Source of the DNA: Octopus bimaculoides
Lineage: Eukaryota
Reading direction: 5' to 3'
Assembly: GCF_001194135.2 (NCBI RefSeq)
Contig: NC_068982.1
Span: forward strand, 73,303,069 to 73,367,068
Length of the DNA stretch: 64,000 bases
Numbering within the stretch: position 1 is the stretch's first letter; the number at the start of each line of letters is the position of its first letter. Position numbers and translations under genes: made by a program. This document shows positions 13,492 to 26,888 of this stretch, piece after piece. The notes beneath the pieces were generated by a model. It did not search any database, was not told the DNA's origin, and saw nothing but the letters and a program-made list of their open reading frames with translations.

Positions 13492-14375
13492 CAGGATGTG
13501 ACGGGTAACTTGTCGCCATTTTATATTTTCAATTTCGCGCATGCACATCGTTTGTTTTTGATTTTGTCGACTACACAATATAGTAAGGTCAATTGGGCAC
13601 CGTCTGTGAGAAAAACAGCATCTTAACGCAATTCACTCTGCGAGAAATTTGGAAACGACATGCTGCACTGCTTGGCATTCGCGCCGGAAGCTCCAAAACG
13701 AACATTTCAGTGTATGAGTGTCAATTTGAGAAGTGTAATTTGAGGACATGTACTATGAGTGATAAAAATCAAACATCCAGTCAACATCAAGGGGTTTGGA
13801 GTGATCACTAGTGATAGCGATGTTATGTCTCCATTCATCTTCCCACACGGCCTCAGACTCAACAGGGAAGCCTAAATCAAGTGCCTGGAGAAGGTAGTGC
13901 TGCCATGGGTCAAGAGGGTGACTGCTGGAAGACCGTATGTCTTTCAAGAAGACTCTGAACCAAGTCACACAAGCAGGAGTATCCAGTCATGGCTATCAGA
14001 CAATTTCTGTGACCACATTACTCCTAACATCTAGCCATCTAACTCCCCAGACTGCAACTTCCTTGATTATTATGTGTGGTGCGCAGTTAAACGAGAGGCC
14101 AACAAAACTCCTTGTAACACCAAAGATGAAGTGAAGGCAACGATTATGGCAGCATTCACCAACTTAAACAAGGAGACCGTCCAGAAGCGTTGCAAGAGAT
14201 TCCGAAGTTGTCTGGAGGCCGTGGTTGAAGCCAATGGCGATTTTATTGAATAAATTTACTCTTTGGTATTTCAAGAAATTTTTATGTAATTTTGGTAAAT
14301 ATATCTATAAAAATGAGATGTCGGTGTTATTTTCATTTTACGTAAATTAGACGACAATTTATTCGCTGCACTCTG
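13492..14375 (+). mobile_element. Internally deleted DD37D (maT-like) Tc1/mariner element
   Basis: TA flanks and imperfect TIRs. C-terminal transposase QEDSEPSHTS...SPDCNFLD has 37 residues between the catalytic Asps and ends VVEANGDFIE*. Middle deleted at about 13748. Confidence 0.92.
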
Positions 14376-14639
14376 TATATATATATATATATATTTTTTT
14401 GTCCNNNNNNNNNNNNNNNNNNNNNNNNNNNNNNNNNNNNNNNNNNNNNNNNNNNNNNNNNNNNNNNNNNNNNNNNNNNNNNNNNNNNNNNNNNNNNNNN
14501 NNNNNNNNNNNNNNNNNNNNNNNNNNNNNNNNNNNNNNNNNNNNNNNNNNNNNNNNNNNNNNNNNNNNNNNNNNNNNNNNNNNNNNNNNNNNNNNNNNNN
14601 NNNNNNNNNNNNNNNNNNNNNNNNNNNNNNNNNNNNNNN

Positions 14640-14713
<74 letters not shown>

Positions 14714-15604
14714 TATATATGTATAATATGTATATATAATTATATAATATGTGGATATGTGTACACATATGTATATATACATGTGTGTATATATATCATC
14801 GCATACATTCATCCATATATATAAACACTGGAATACAAACACGCATACATGTGTGTGTGCATGGATGATGTATATATTTGCATGTATGTGCGTATATGTG
14901 CATGATTATATGTGTCTGTGTGCAGGTATGAGCATATGCGTGCGCGTGCGCGCGTTTGTATTTACGCATATTGTTAGGTGGTTACTTCATAGTTAAATAC
15001 ATGCATATAATTTCATTTATATTAATATATTCAGATTTATTCAATGATTCTGAGATGAAATTTTGGCAATGGAAATTCAAAATTATTCCTTCATCTCCAT
15101 TCTATTAAATGCAGTTACAGTATTTCCCGTGTGTTGGACAAACGACCTTCTTTGCTATTTCTGGCAACTATATTCTATAGGTTAATACACTTACTTCCCA
15201 ATATATATACAATTATATTTAACTAACAATTGCCCAAAACAAGCAACAGGCGCCCATCGCTTGGCTTTGTGCAATTTATTTTGTATTTTGTTCTTGTGTC
15301 TCCACCACCATCTGACGCCACATCTATCTCTGTCTCCCTCACACACTCTCTCCTTCTCTCTCTCTTTCTCTCCTTTACTCTCTCCCTCTCTCCTCCTCTC
15401 TCTCTCTCTCTCTTTCTCTCCTTTACTCTCTCCCTCTCTCTTCCTCTCTCTCTCTCTCTCTCTCTCTCCCTCTTTCTTCCTACGCCTTCCTCTGATTCCA
15501 TTATGCATAGTTTCCCCTCTAAAATGGTTAGGATGCTACACAAACTGATTAACAAACCAAACGGTAATAACTATAGTTGCTGAAGTTGCTACTACTACGA
15601 GCAC

Positions 15605-15605
<1 letters not shown>

Positions 15606-15669
<64 letters not shown>

Positions 15670-15680
15670 ATAGTAGTAGT
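15606..15680. repeat. (TAG)n microsatellite
   Basis: Trinucleotide run at the tail of a minus-strand SINE. Confidence 0.9.
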
Positions 15681-16112
15681 AGAGGCACAAGACGAGCAAC
15701 TTAAGGGTCACGAGTTACTCGATACCGTCGACTCCGGTACATGACTGGTACTTTATGCTTTGGACTCTGAACGGATGAAATGTTAAAGTTGGCTTCAATG
15801 GGACTTGAAATCAGAATATAGAGATGGAAGAAAATAGCAAAACTATTTTTTTTAGACGTTCTGACGATTCTACCAATCTACCGCCCAAGCTAGCAATAAT
15901 AATAATAATAATAATAATCCTTTCTGCTATAGACACAAGGCCTGAAATTTGTGGCTGGGAAATAGGCGATTACACCGACCCCAGTACTCGACTGGTACTT
16001 ATTTTATCGACTCCGAAAGGATGAAAGGTAAAGTCGACCTCAGAATTTTAACTCAGAATGTAAGGACGAACGAAATGCTGCTAAGCATTTTCTCCGGCGT
16101 GCTAACGATTCT
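15681..16112 (-). mobile_element. Two tandem tRNA-derived SINEs, family B (Meta-like central domain)
   Basis: Reverse-complement matches to family B (GCCTTTCATCCTTTCGGGGTCGATAAAATAAGTACCAG-type core). The second copy has an (ATT)n tail at about 15895-15917. Confidence 0.75.
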
Positions 16113-16993
16113 TATTTCTTTATTGCCCACAAGGNNNNNNNNNNNNNNNNNNNNNNNNNNNNNNNNNNNNNNNNNNNNNNNNNNNNNNNNNNNNNNNNNN
16201 NNNNNNNNNNNNNNNNNNNNNNNNNNNNNNNNNNNNNNNNNNNNNNNNNNNNNNNNNNNNNNNNNNNNNNNNNNNNNNNNNNNNNNNNNNNNNNNNNNNN
16301 NNNNNNNNNNNNNNNNNNNNNNNNNNNNNNNNNNNNNNNNNNNNNNNNNNNNNNNNNNNNNNNNNNNNNNNNNNNNNNNNNNNNNNNNNNNNNNNNNNNN
16401 NNNNNNNNNNNNNNNNNNNNNNNNNNNNNNNNNNNNNNNNNNNNNNNNNNNNNNNNNNNNNNNNNNNNNNNNNNNNNNNNNNNNNNNNNNNNNNNNNNNN
16501 NNNNNNNNNNNNNNNNNNNNNNNNNNNNNNNNNNNNNNNNNNNNNNNNNNNNNNNNNNNNNNNNNNNNNNNNNNNNNNNNNNNNNNNNNNNNNNNNNNNN
16601 NNNNNNNNNNNNNNNNNNNNNNNNNNNNNNNNNNNNNNNNNNNNNNNNNNNNNNNNNNNNNNNNNNNNNNNNNNNNNNNNNNNNNNNNNNNNNNNNNNNN
16701 NNNNNNNNNNNNNNNNNNNNNNNNNNNNNNNNNNNNNNNNNNNNNNNNNNNNNNNNNNNNNNNNNNNNNNNNNNNNNNNNNNNNNNNNNNNNNNNNNNNN
16801 NNNNNNNNNNNNNNNNNNNNNNNNNNNNNNNNNNNNNNNNNNNNNNNNNNNNNNNNNNNNNNNNNNNNNNNNNNNNNNNNNNNNNNNNNNNNNNNNNNNN
16901 NNNNNNNNNNNNNNNNNNNNNNNNNNNNNNNNNNNNNNNNNNNNNNNNNNNNNNNNNNNNNNNNNNNNNNNNATAAAAATAAAACTACTGAAC

Positions 16994-17069
<76 letters not shown>

Positions 17070-17070
<1 letters not shown>

Positions 17071-17612
17071 AGGCACTGGCTCTCATGGCTTTTAATCTTA
17101 ACTGTTTGGAAGTGCTATCATGTACATGTTTTGACTTGGTATAAAAGATGGGCTACAGCAAATATTCTGCTCAATACCACAGATTTGTTTGTCAGTTGTT
17201 TGACCATAACCAGTTGAACATTCCCTAGGTGGCTGACGATATGTGCATCTCTGATCACGAACAGAAGTAGTGGGGGAGCATCATAGCCATGTGTTGAGAG
17301 GAATTCTTTGGAGTTTGAATAATTCCCCTCTGGAAACATAGGTGTTTTGTTCAACATCCTTGAACAACCCTTATTCAAGGATCTTTTGAATGGAATGAGC
17401 TACTCGACCTGAAGAAAACTCTAACTTCCCCCACTCCCACCCCTACAAGGTCATGCGCTGTTTATTTTGATATGAGATCATCATGTCGCGCACATACGGT
17501 TATAATGCTTGTGCCTGGTGTACCCTTATCAGACGGGTGGTCATGATGGCTATACTGGGCTTCGTATATTTTATCCCAGTGTCAATTTGATGGCATGCAC
17601 TGCTCTCTCACT
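17070..17612 (+). mobile_element. About 540 bp non-coding interspersed element embedded in (AAT)n
   Basis: Bounded by (AAT)n runs at about 16993-17068 and 17613-17671; ends ...CTCTCTCACTC(AAT)n. No convincing ORF. Confidence 0.55.
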
Positions 17613-17613
17613 C

Positions 17614-17671
<58 letters not shown>

Positions 17672-17744
17672 TTTTTAAAAGGATTGACGTAATTCTTCAC
17701 AATGGTAAACAGTCAAGACGAAGAGCGCGATTCGATTTTAACCA

Positions 17745-19850
17745 AAATCAAGTAGATTGAGATGATTAATTTTATGGTACACAGAATAAGAATTGGATCA
17801 TATAGAAATTCTGGAAGTTACCAAAGCTTTTGATTTCCTCAGTATCGGTGTTAGTGGTATCAAGCACAGTACAAAGATCAGTGGGGACAGGCAGTCCTCC
17901 TGGAAGATGCCCCTCCCAATTTCTACTGTCCCTAAACTTCTTCCGTATGCTGTCAGGTCCGTCCTCCAATTCGCCATACTTTTTCCAAGCAATCGCTCAA
18001 CATTCGATGCAATACCAAATAGGTTCATACATTCCATTATTCAAGAGTGTGAGATCATATCGAACGCCTTACGATAGTCGATCCATGACATGGCTAAGTT
18101 ACTTTTCCTCTTGCAGTCTCTGAGTACAGTTTTGTCCATCAGGAGTTGATCCTTGGTACCTCTGCACTTACGCTTGCAAACCTTCTGCTCATGTGGCAGG
18201 ACTTTATTTTTTCCAGATGTTCGTACATTGACTCTGCGAGTATTCCAGTCAATAATTTCCACATAAATGGCAAACAAGATATTGGCCTGTAATTGTCTAC
18301 CCTATTGCCTTTTCAATGTTTTTCAGGCACAGCACTGTCCTACCCAATGTCAACCACTCTGGTGTTGCTTGGTCGGCATTTAACAAGGTGTTGAGTTGCG
18401 CAACTATTCGTGCATGACATTCACCAAATGTTTTGATCCAGTAGCCTTGAACTCCATCTGGTCCTGGGGCCTTCCAGTTGCTCAATTTTTTTTTTTTTTT
18501 TTTGCTGATTTCCTTCACTCCCTTAACTGAAATGACTAGTTCTGCCTGTTTTGGACAGACTATTGTTTGTTTCAGTTCTTGCAACCATTCAGCATCCTTC
18601 TTGTGCTCCTTATCTTTACTCCAGATGTCACTCCAAAACCTTTGACTTTCATTCTTATCTGGTATCAACTTTTCATCTAGAATTTCTTCTGATCTACTCT
18701 GAATAACATATTCTGCTGGTAACCCTTCATTCTTTGGTCGTATCTTACCATCTTTGCTTTCTTTGCAACGCGGCACTGTTCCAGTTCCTCTATTACCACT
18801 TTCAGGCCCTTTCTTTCAATGTTATACTTACTTTTCAGCGCCCTGTATTTTTGTTCGCTTTTAAGCTCCCCTTTTCTCTTTTCGGTCTAACAGAAATTTC
18901 CTTCGAGAGCATATCCAACCCTGCCTGTATTCTTCTTTTCCACCATGGGTCTTTTCTTTTGTCACTCCCATTATATTTCTTTTTCTTGACATCAACACCC
19001 ACGTTTTCTGCTACAACAATACTTGCTGCCTTGATCAAATTATTTGTTTCTGTGATGTTGTTTGTTCTGATGTATTTCAGAATTTCATTGACATTTTTCG
19101 CTTCTTGGTTCAATTTCCACCGATCAACCTTTTTAAGGTTGAAAATATTGTCACTATCATTCTCTTGTAGTCTTACCTTTATTCTGTCGTAGATTGCCTT
19201 TTGTTCATCTGTCATGTCGCTATTAGTTTTATCGTCTTCTTTTAGATCATCTATATGTCTCTCATCAAGTAAGCTACCACTGCTCCTTTCCTGTGCTATG
19301 AGATTACTTTTATTAGCAAAAACTATATTTTCATCGTTATCTCTGCTGCTATTTTCCGAGACCGTCTTTTGATAGCTTCGAGCTCTGCTTCTGTGAACCA
19401 ACGATTTTTTTTTCTTATTGCTCTAGCTTGATCACACAATCTCTGTTCCGTAAGTTGAAACAATCCGTTTTCTCTCCAATGATCATACATACGTTGTCAG
19501 TAACCCTTAATTTGAGCACCATTTTCATCTACAGGGTTGCTCAGGTAGTAACACTCCATGACCACAGCATTAATTTGCTTGCTCCATCTGTGCCGTGTGT
19601 GGTGGTCCCTTTCTGGATATCGACGGGCGGGAGTCGGACCAGAATCTCTGAGCCTGGCGGGTGCAACACTGTCACCAACAATGGCTTCAGTTTCGTTACC
19701 ACCATTATTCACAATATTTTGTTTTGTTTCATTGTCACTCATATGAGGTGGCGATTATCAGGTTGCGCAATTACCAGTGTCTTTATTGTGACACCATCAC
19801 TGGATGTATCATTAATCAGGACATGGGAAGATTCCACCGCTTCCTTTCAT
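17745..19850 (-). mobile_element. R4/Dong-like non-LTR retrotransposon, 5' part through RT, decayed
   Basis: N-terminal RHRWSKQINAVVMECYYLSNP and [12 protein letters not shown], then [67 protein letters not shown] and KINHL. Several frameshifts. Confidence 0.88.
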
Positions 19851-20509
19851 TACTAATATTATTATCATCACTGATATCACTGATATTATTGTTTTTATTT
19901 CTTTTACTATTTGTCACTGTTATATTAACAGACGCAGAGGTTACACAGGCCTATGCATAGCAGGGGTGGCACCAATTTCCAGCGCTGCTCACATGGACAA
20001 CCGCATAGAAAATTACACTATTTGATCTGGCCTTCCTCAGCGTTGTTAGTTGTAATTTAAAAGGGATGTAACTACTCTTTCTGTCATACAGAACGACTTT
20101 CCAGAGAGTCCATTGCTCACTTGTAATCTTCGGTGGACAGGCTCAGCGTCTGAAGACTAAGATCGTTGCCTTCGTCCTTACTTCTGTAGCCACGATAACT
20201 ATTTTGTTTTCAATGTTGTTTTTTGCCGCTAGCGAAGCTATGTTCTCTAACCACGGGTTCCGAGAAGGTGGAAGATTTTAGTTACTTCCTATGTTGTTGA
20301 TGTTCTTGTATTAGTTGTTGCTTTCTTTGCTGGGCAGTCTTCTTCAGTCTTCTATCGCCGTTGTCAATTACTGCCTTTATTGCTGTATCTATGTGTAGTA
20401 GCAGAAACAGCAACAGTAGTAGGGGTGGGGTAGTGGTAGTAGTGGTAGTTGGGCCTCAGATTCTTGTGCTATCAGAATAGTAGTAATTGTAGTATTAGCA
20501 ACTGTAGCC

Positions 20510-20552
<43 letters not shown>

Positions 20553-20554
20553 GC

Positions 20555-20588
<34 letters not shown>

Positions 20589-20635
20589 ATCACCATCACC
20601 ATCACTACTATTATTATTATCATTATTACTATTTC
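20510..20635. repeat. Compound (TTA)n/(TTG)n microsatellite
   Basis: Direct reading. Confidence 0.9.
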
Positions 20636-21466
20636 CATTTATTATTAAAAGGTTTTATTAAATGTTCTTTATTTTCAACTTTTGTCTTGTACTTGAGATA
20701 ATCATAAATATGTGGTTCTTGAAGGAAATAGTTGGAGGAAGAATAGCAGCTTGGTGAATTCTACAGGTCTATAAACAGATTCGGCAGATGGTGAAGAGGT
20801 CAGCAATAGAAGACAAAAGAATCTTCGCATCCTTTGGGTCAGCAGAGGTCAAATGTATTTACTACTACCACCGACCAATGACAGCGTTGATCTTGGCCTT
20901 GAAAAGAAGCAATTCTCTTTGTTCTATTTGTAATTACTGGTAGAAAAAACAATAATCATACATATATATATATATATATATATATACAGTAGTGTTTTTG
21001 CAATGAAAAGGATGTTTACATTTTCGAATACTCAAGGAGAGAGAAAAGAAAAGATAAGGAGGGTAACATTTTCACAGAAAGTTGTAGATATTAAAGTTTT
21101 AAAATTTACTAAATGTGGTCTTTTGTATGTCTGCACAGAGAAAATTGTATTGTTCTAAGAATAAAAGAGGATGTTTACATTTTCGAATACTCAGGAGAAA
21201 GGAAAGGATAGATATTTACAGAAGTTGTAGATATTAAAGTTTTCTTTTAAAGCTGATCATTTGTGTGTTCGAAAGCTGTAGATATGTAAGTCTCTTAACT
21301 TACTTTGAGGGAGATTTAAAATACTCACAGGAAATGGTAGATATTCCAGTCTTTGGGAGTTATTTTACCGTTGTCCTGCTGGGTTATATTAGTGATTCTG
21401 TGCCTTCGGCTGCTGAATGGCCAGAGCAGCAAAGAACATGTCCAGCCGCTGTCAAGGCTGGCGATA

Positions 21467-21526
<60 letters not shown>

Positions 21527-21662
21527 CATTATTATTATCATTATTGCCAATTTTGGTGCAAGGCCAGTAATTTTGAGGGAATGAAGTTATTCAATATCAT
21601 CGATTCGGGATTTCACTGCTTGGTATTTGATTACATCGACTCTGAAAGGATGAATGACAGAT
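21467..21662 (-). mobile_element. SINE family B 3' fragment with (ATT)n-type tail run
   Basis: Matches the family B tail and core in reverse. Confidence 0.6.
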
Positions 21663-21739
21663 AACCTCTCCAGGAGTTGCTTGCACATTCCAAGGTGTAT
21701 CTAATGAATTGAATTGCTTTTTTCGTTTCGTTTTGTTTT

Positions 21740-23700
21740 TTAACATTCATATTAGATGCTAATACCTTCTACGGCATCTTCCGGGTTGTGAAGTAGAGTG
21801 GTAGCTTCTGCAATTGTATCTGGAATTATGGTTAAATTATCAGTATAATCTTTGCCTGTTATTGCTGAGCCTAGATATCTGGAACTTCTTGTTCTTGGAA
21901 GAGTAAAACCAAATGCTTTTGTTGCGATATACTGGAGTGTGAAGGACATAATCAAGATAGAATATAAGAAAGGTGTAAGGATGTCTTTTTGTAAACCATC
22001 AACAAAAATGTCGATGTCTGATGTCGATATCTAATGAACGTACCTTAATTTGAGTGGTTTTTTAGTGCAGTATTATTACATCTACAATGTCTTGGATAAT
22101 CCCATAGGGTGGTAGAATTTGTTGCAAGAACAAGAAATGCTGGTTACTGCTATCGAAAAAAGATCAATTAGCTTCTTTTGTGGACCCTGAGCCATGGGAA
22201 TTTTCATTTCGGACTACCTAGAATGACAAACAATGATCAACTCTCTCACGACCTCAAAAATGTCATGGAAGAGAAAGAATGGTTAATGTCCGGACAACGA
22301 GCATTTTTGGGGTGTTTTTGCTTGGATTTTTTTTTTTTTTTTTTGTCAAAGTTTCTTTTAAGTCTTCTGCTTGTAAAGTTAAGTCGTCTGCTTGTAAAGT
22401 TAAGTCGTCTGCTTGTAAAGTTAATTCGGCTGCTTGTAAAGTTAAGTCGTCTGCTGTAAAGTGACCCAATATGATATTCAGATTGTTGTAATTTATGATA
22501 GTCTCTATAGGCTTGCCATTAATGACCGGAGGTTTTCCAAGAAGATTCTAAAAGCAGTGCTTCCAATGGTTGAAGTGATCTTGTTTGGTTTAAGGATTTT
22601 AGTTTTTGCCCTTTTCTTTGGCTGTGGGACATCGATTTCATTAACAGTGTTCCATGTCGATACTCAAAAAATGTATAGCGAGATATCAATCCTACTTTGA
22701 ATGTAGTTTTACTGTCCCACTTCATTCATATCTAATGTGTTTTTTGGTTTGTTTGGATTTTTTATTTTGGATTTTTTTTTTTTTTTTCAAATTTCCGTAA
22801 TTTCTTTCTGAAGGTTTCATATTTTCCAAATGGACTGAATTAACGCTTGTCGATGACTGCCTTAATATTCCCATACTACTTTTCTCTTGATTAGGGTTTT
22901 GAGTGAGATGCTGCATGAAATTGCATCATAATGTGATGTAACAAAATCGTCATAGATAATAAGTATTTGGGGAATTTCATTCTATTTTCTGTTTCAAGCG
23001 CTTAAAATGTGTCCTTAACTTCCATGATGTATTGATTGTTAGTCAGTTTAATCCAATCAAATAGTAGATTACTATTGATTGTAAATTTAGACTTAGTGGC
23101 AACACAGACTTAGGCGAACGAATTAACTCCTGAAGGAAAAAAACATACTGTTGTAAGCTTTACAATTCATCTCACTATAAATCTATATACGGTTTACGTA
23201 TGAGTAATTAAATTGAGCTCTTCTTTTGTGCCTTTTGTATTAATTACAGTGTGTTCATAATTTGCCATTCTTTTTCTGGAAATTTGTATTGAAGCATAAC
23301 AGTCCATTATCTTAAACAAATCCCTCCAAATATTGACGGCTTGTATTAGTTGCTTCGTGAAATGTCTATTTGTGATTTTCATTACATACATATTTTTTCA
23401 TTACATCCAATTTCCGCATTCATACGATCAATACGCCAAGCTTTGATATTTGTTGAGTAAATGAAGAAAGTTCCTGATAGAAGCCAACGACATTTTCGTC
23501 ACATACATTAGTTGGACTGTAATAGTAGATCACAGGCGTGCGAGGATTTCTACTAAAATTAGCAATCATCTGTTTTCAAGAAGGTCTTTTTCACTGCTAT
23601 TTAATGACTCGAATGATCGTAAAATGAGAAGTATACCTACAAACACTACCGATTCTTTCCATTAAAAGAGCAGGAGGGATTTTCCTGTGCCGAGTTACAC
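21740..23700 (-). mobile_element. RTE-like LINE ORF relic (APE endonuclease plus RT), heavily decayed
   Basis: YYSPTNVCDE...MNAEIG, FNTNFQKKNGKL, KNLLGKPP, LQKDILTPFL (LQGD.L.P.LF motif) and KDYTDN (YADD equivalent). Confidence 0.78.
22366..22462. repeat. 21 bp tandem repeat (TCTGCTTGTAAAGTTAAGTCG), about 4.5 copies, inside the LINE
   Basis: Units start at 22366, 22387, 22408, 22429 and 22450 (partial). Confidence 0.9.
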
Positions 23701-23756
23701 ACCATCCATGACCAATATCATGATGTCTGATGTTCAGTTCATCAAAATGCTGTAGA

Positions 23757-23900
23757 TTTAGTTCCGTCTACCAAATTCATTCACAAGATATTGGTCGGCC
23801 TTGTAGAAAACACTTGCTCAAGATACAGCGCAGTAAGACTGAATCCAGAATCACGTGGTTGCAAAGAGAGCTTCTAAACCATACAGTCATGCACGCAACT
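23757..23900 (-). mobile_element. SINE family A 5' fragment
   Basis: Degenerate reverse match to the family A head. Confidence 0.7.
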
Positions 23901-24034
23901 ATTATTACAATCTTTTAAATTCTGTTTTCATGTACTCAACGAAAATATCTTCTATGTCTGAATTTGGAGTTAGGTAATTTAAATAATGTTTATATTTTCC
24001 TTCTTCATTATTTGTCTGTTTTTGACGTCCTTTC

Positions 24035-24510
24035 TAACAATGCACAATCCTATACAAATGATACACCTCTTCACTCTTCTTTAACCTTTGGCACATATGT
24101 GACACCTCCACGCAACATAGATACTACCTGATGCCAGATTTACAGTCATTGGGTTAGTACCTCGACACACCATTCAATGGACAAAACAACCTAGTTTCTT
24201 TCAAAAAGACGCACCGACATAAATACAACTGAAGGCTCACAGACGCGATATTTCTACTCTCTTTCTCTTCCGCTGTTACCAGAACGATTGCTGTGTCTCT
24301 GAACCAGCTATTTTCCCATTTCATCAGACCGCTCAATTTACCCACCTTTCCTTCTCGAGTCACATCTACTGCACCTTATCTATCCTCAGTACTACATATT
24401 TTCCCTAATCTTTCCTTTCAAGACTGCAACTCACTGGAATACCCTCCCCATTCGAGCTTTTCGTTCGAACGAACATTAACCACATATATTCAAATTGAAA
24501 TTCAACCATG
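24035..24510 (+). mobile_element. Possible L2/CR1-group LINE RT C-terminal relic
   Basis: SYTNDTPLHSS (YADDTTLH-like) and a WNTLP-like terminal motif; very decayed. Confidence 0.4.
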
Positions 24511-24739
24511 TCAATCTGTGGGAGGCCCTAGAAAAATCATAGATACTTCACCACCTCCTCCGATTAACTTATAAAATTGGATTAGGGCTAAGGTTAGGGT
24601 TAGGTTTAGAATTAAATGCTAATTTAAAGTTGTAGAGACGCGTTGCCTAGTGGTTAGGGTGCTGCACTCACGATCGCAAAATTAAAGTCACTCATGATAC
24701 CAGCAAAATTATTTATTAGTAACCTGCACAAGAGAAGTA

Positions 24740-25365
24740 TTGTTTCGCTGCCCAGAAGGTAAACAAGGTAAACAATATGAAAAGGAAAATGGAGTAGCTA
24801 TAGGTTCTCTCCTAGGACCTTATGCTCACCATATTCTACTTTACTACAACTGAAAGTAATGTAATACTTCAACACAAACATACAATCTACATTAGATATG
24901 TAGGCGGTTAGCTAGTTGTTATGAACGCTTCAAAAGACAGTGAGAAATTAAATCAGGATAGAAAACTCAGTACTATAATTTAACATCCAATGCAACACTT
25001 ATGTGACTCCGTTCCTAGACATAAATATTCAGATTAAAAATAATTCAAACATTGTGTCAGTTTACACGCAAGACATAAATAAATTCAAATACTAACATGG
25101 AGATAATGAATACCTACATACCTACAAAATGTCAGTGGTAAAATCACTACTTAGAAGGTATTAAGGTTTTCTTCCACAAATAAAACACTAGATAAAGAGA
25201 TTCGCAGAATAAAACAAGCATTACTTAACAACTGATATTCTAACAAACTAACAGACCAAGTTACTGATAAATGTAGACAGAAATACAATACGACAAATAC
25301 ATCAGTCATGAGTAAACTACGATCCGCGAGCCTTTCTGAATGACACGCCAATGAAAAATTACCTT

Positions 25366-25400
<35 letters not shown>

Positions 25401-25960
25401 TAAGTCATGTGACGTGCGACCCACTTCTCGATAAAGGTTGCCTATACCTATATTAGACAATATTTCTATTGAAAGTACACAAAGCGTAATATATGAATCA
25501 AATGCATACAAGGTACAGAACTGATGAACATATAGTCAAATATTTCATAAAATGAAACACAGAATGTGTCACCCCCAAACCATAAATGGACACTATCAAT
25601 ATATTACAAAAACAATATCAAGAACTTCTTTATAAACAGCATACCGAAAGCATATAAACCTGAGAACAAACTAAGAATGACCAACGAAATTTATAAATTT
25701 GGTTGGAAAAGTGAAAGTTGGAAACTTCACCATTCTAAACGTTACATTGGCCAAACAAGTACAACACTCTCTCATCCGCTCACTGTGCATTTAAACAAAG
25801 CGCAATTGCAACACACAGCCCCACTAATAAAACAAAGCTAAAAATTTAAATATTAACAGAAAATACCTCCCCATACCAGGAGACAATTGATTGTAGGAAC
25901 AATACTAATATCTCAATACAAAGCGACAATCAGCATACAACCTTTACACATCACAAAGGC
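24740..25960 (+). mobile_element. Penelope-like retroelement relic (RT plus GIY-YIG endonuclease)
   Basis: YEKENGVAIGSLLGP (Q.DGVAMGSPLGP), IRYVGG (RYVDD), EIRRIKQALLNN*YSN and YIGQTSTTLSHPLTVH. Confidence 0.72.
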
Positions 25961-26726
25961 AAATTTGATGGCGTAACACTAACACCACAATTCTTGTGGG
26001 GAAGCATGTATAAACATAAATAACCCTCTATAAAAAAAAAGGCAGCGTAGAAGCCAAAACCACTCTACATCCTAAAGATGAGGGCGAGACAACCTGAAAA
26101 CGTTGACAAAAATGAATTTAGGGATTGATGAGACATAGTAGAATGACTAGAGAAGGAAAGGTAGGTTGATCGAGTGGCCTGATGAAATAAGAGAATAGCC
26201 AGCAATCGTAAGAGAAGGAGAGTAGACATATCGTGCCTGTGAGCTAACAGTTTTCCAAACGAAATATAAATGTCTGATATGTAGATATGAGAGATCTTTA
26301 ATAAAAATAGATTGAATTGAAGCATAGTTGTGGTTTTAATTCATATCTAAAAGAAAAGTTATTTCCTGCATCTGTCTAATTATCCATCCACCTATCTATG
26401 AGTGTATATATTATATATACACTCGCATACGCATACATACATATAATATAGATATATATGCAGTGGGGCGCGTGTGTCTAATATATGAAAACAAGAAACA
26501 CTCCTATATAGTACTTGCAGTTTCCTGACAAGCCATGGATAAGAAGTTAACCGATTTCCAATCGGCAATCAACGCACATGCTATCATTCATCAGCTGCCG
26601 GTAAACTCGGAGTACTGTATGCGAGTGTTTCAGGTCTGTGTAATATATCAAATATATTCCTCTATTTCGATGATGATGAGATCTACTTCTTTTATTTCTG
26701 CATACGTGGTTAATCGTTATATCAAG

Positions 26727-26757
<31 letters not shown>

Positions 26758-26888
26758 GAATGAGATAAAAAATCCAAAGGCTGTGAAAGATTTTAGAACA
26801 TTTATAAATAGAAAGTCTTACAGCTGTTTCCGGGATATATATATAACAAATAATATTGGTGGCTTATTAGCAATTTAACAACCTAAAG

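Noticed and set aside
21005-21245. Direct repeat with a period of about 160 bp
   Set aside because: Ordinary local duplication in AT-rich DNA with no further structure.
24580-24610. Telomere-like TTAGGG motifs
   Set aside because: Only two exact units in a short degenerate run; insufficient for an interstitial telomere call.
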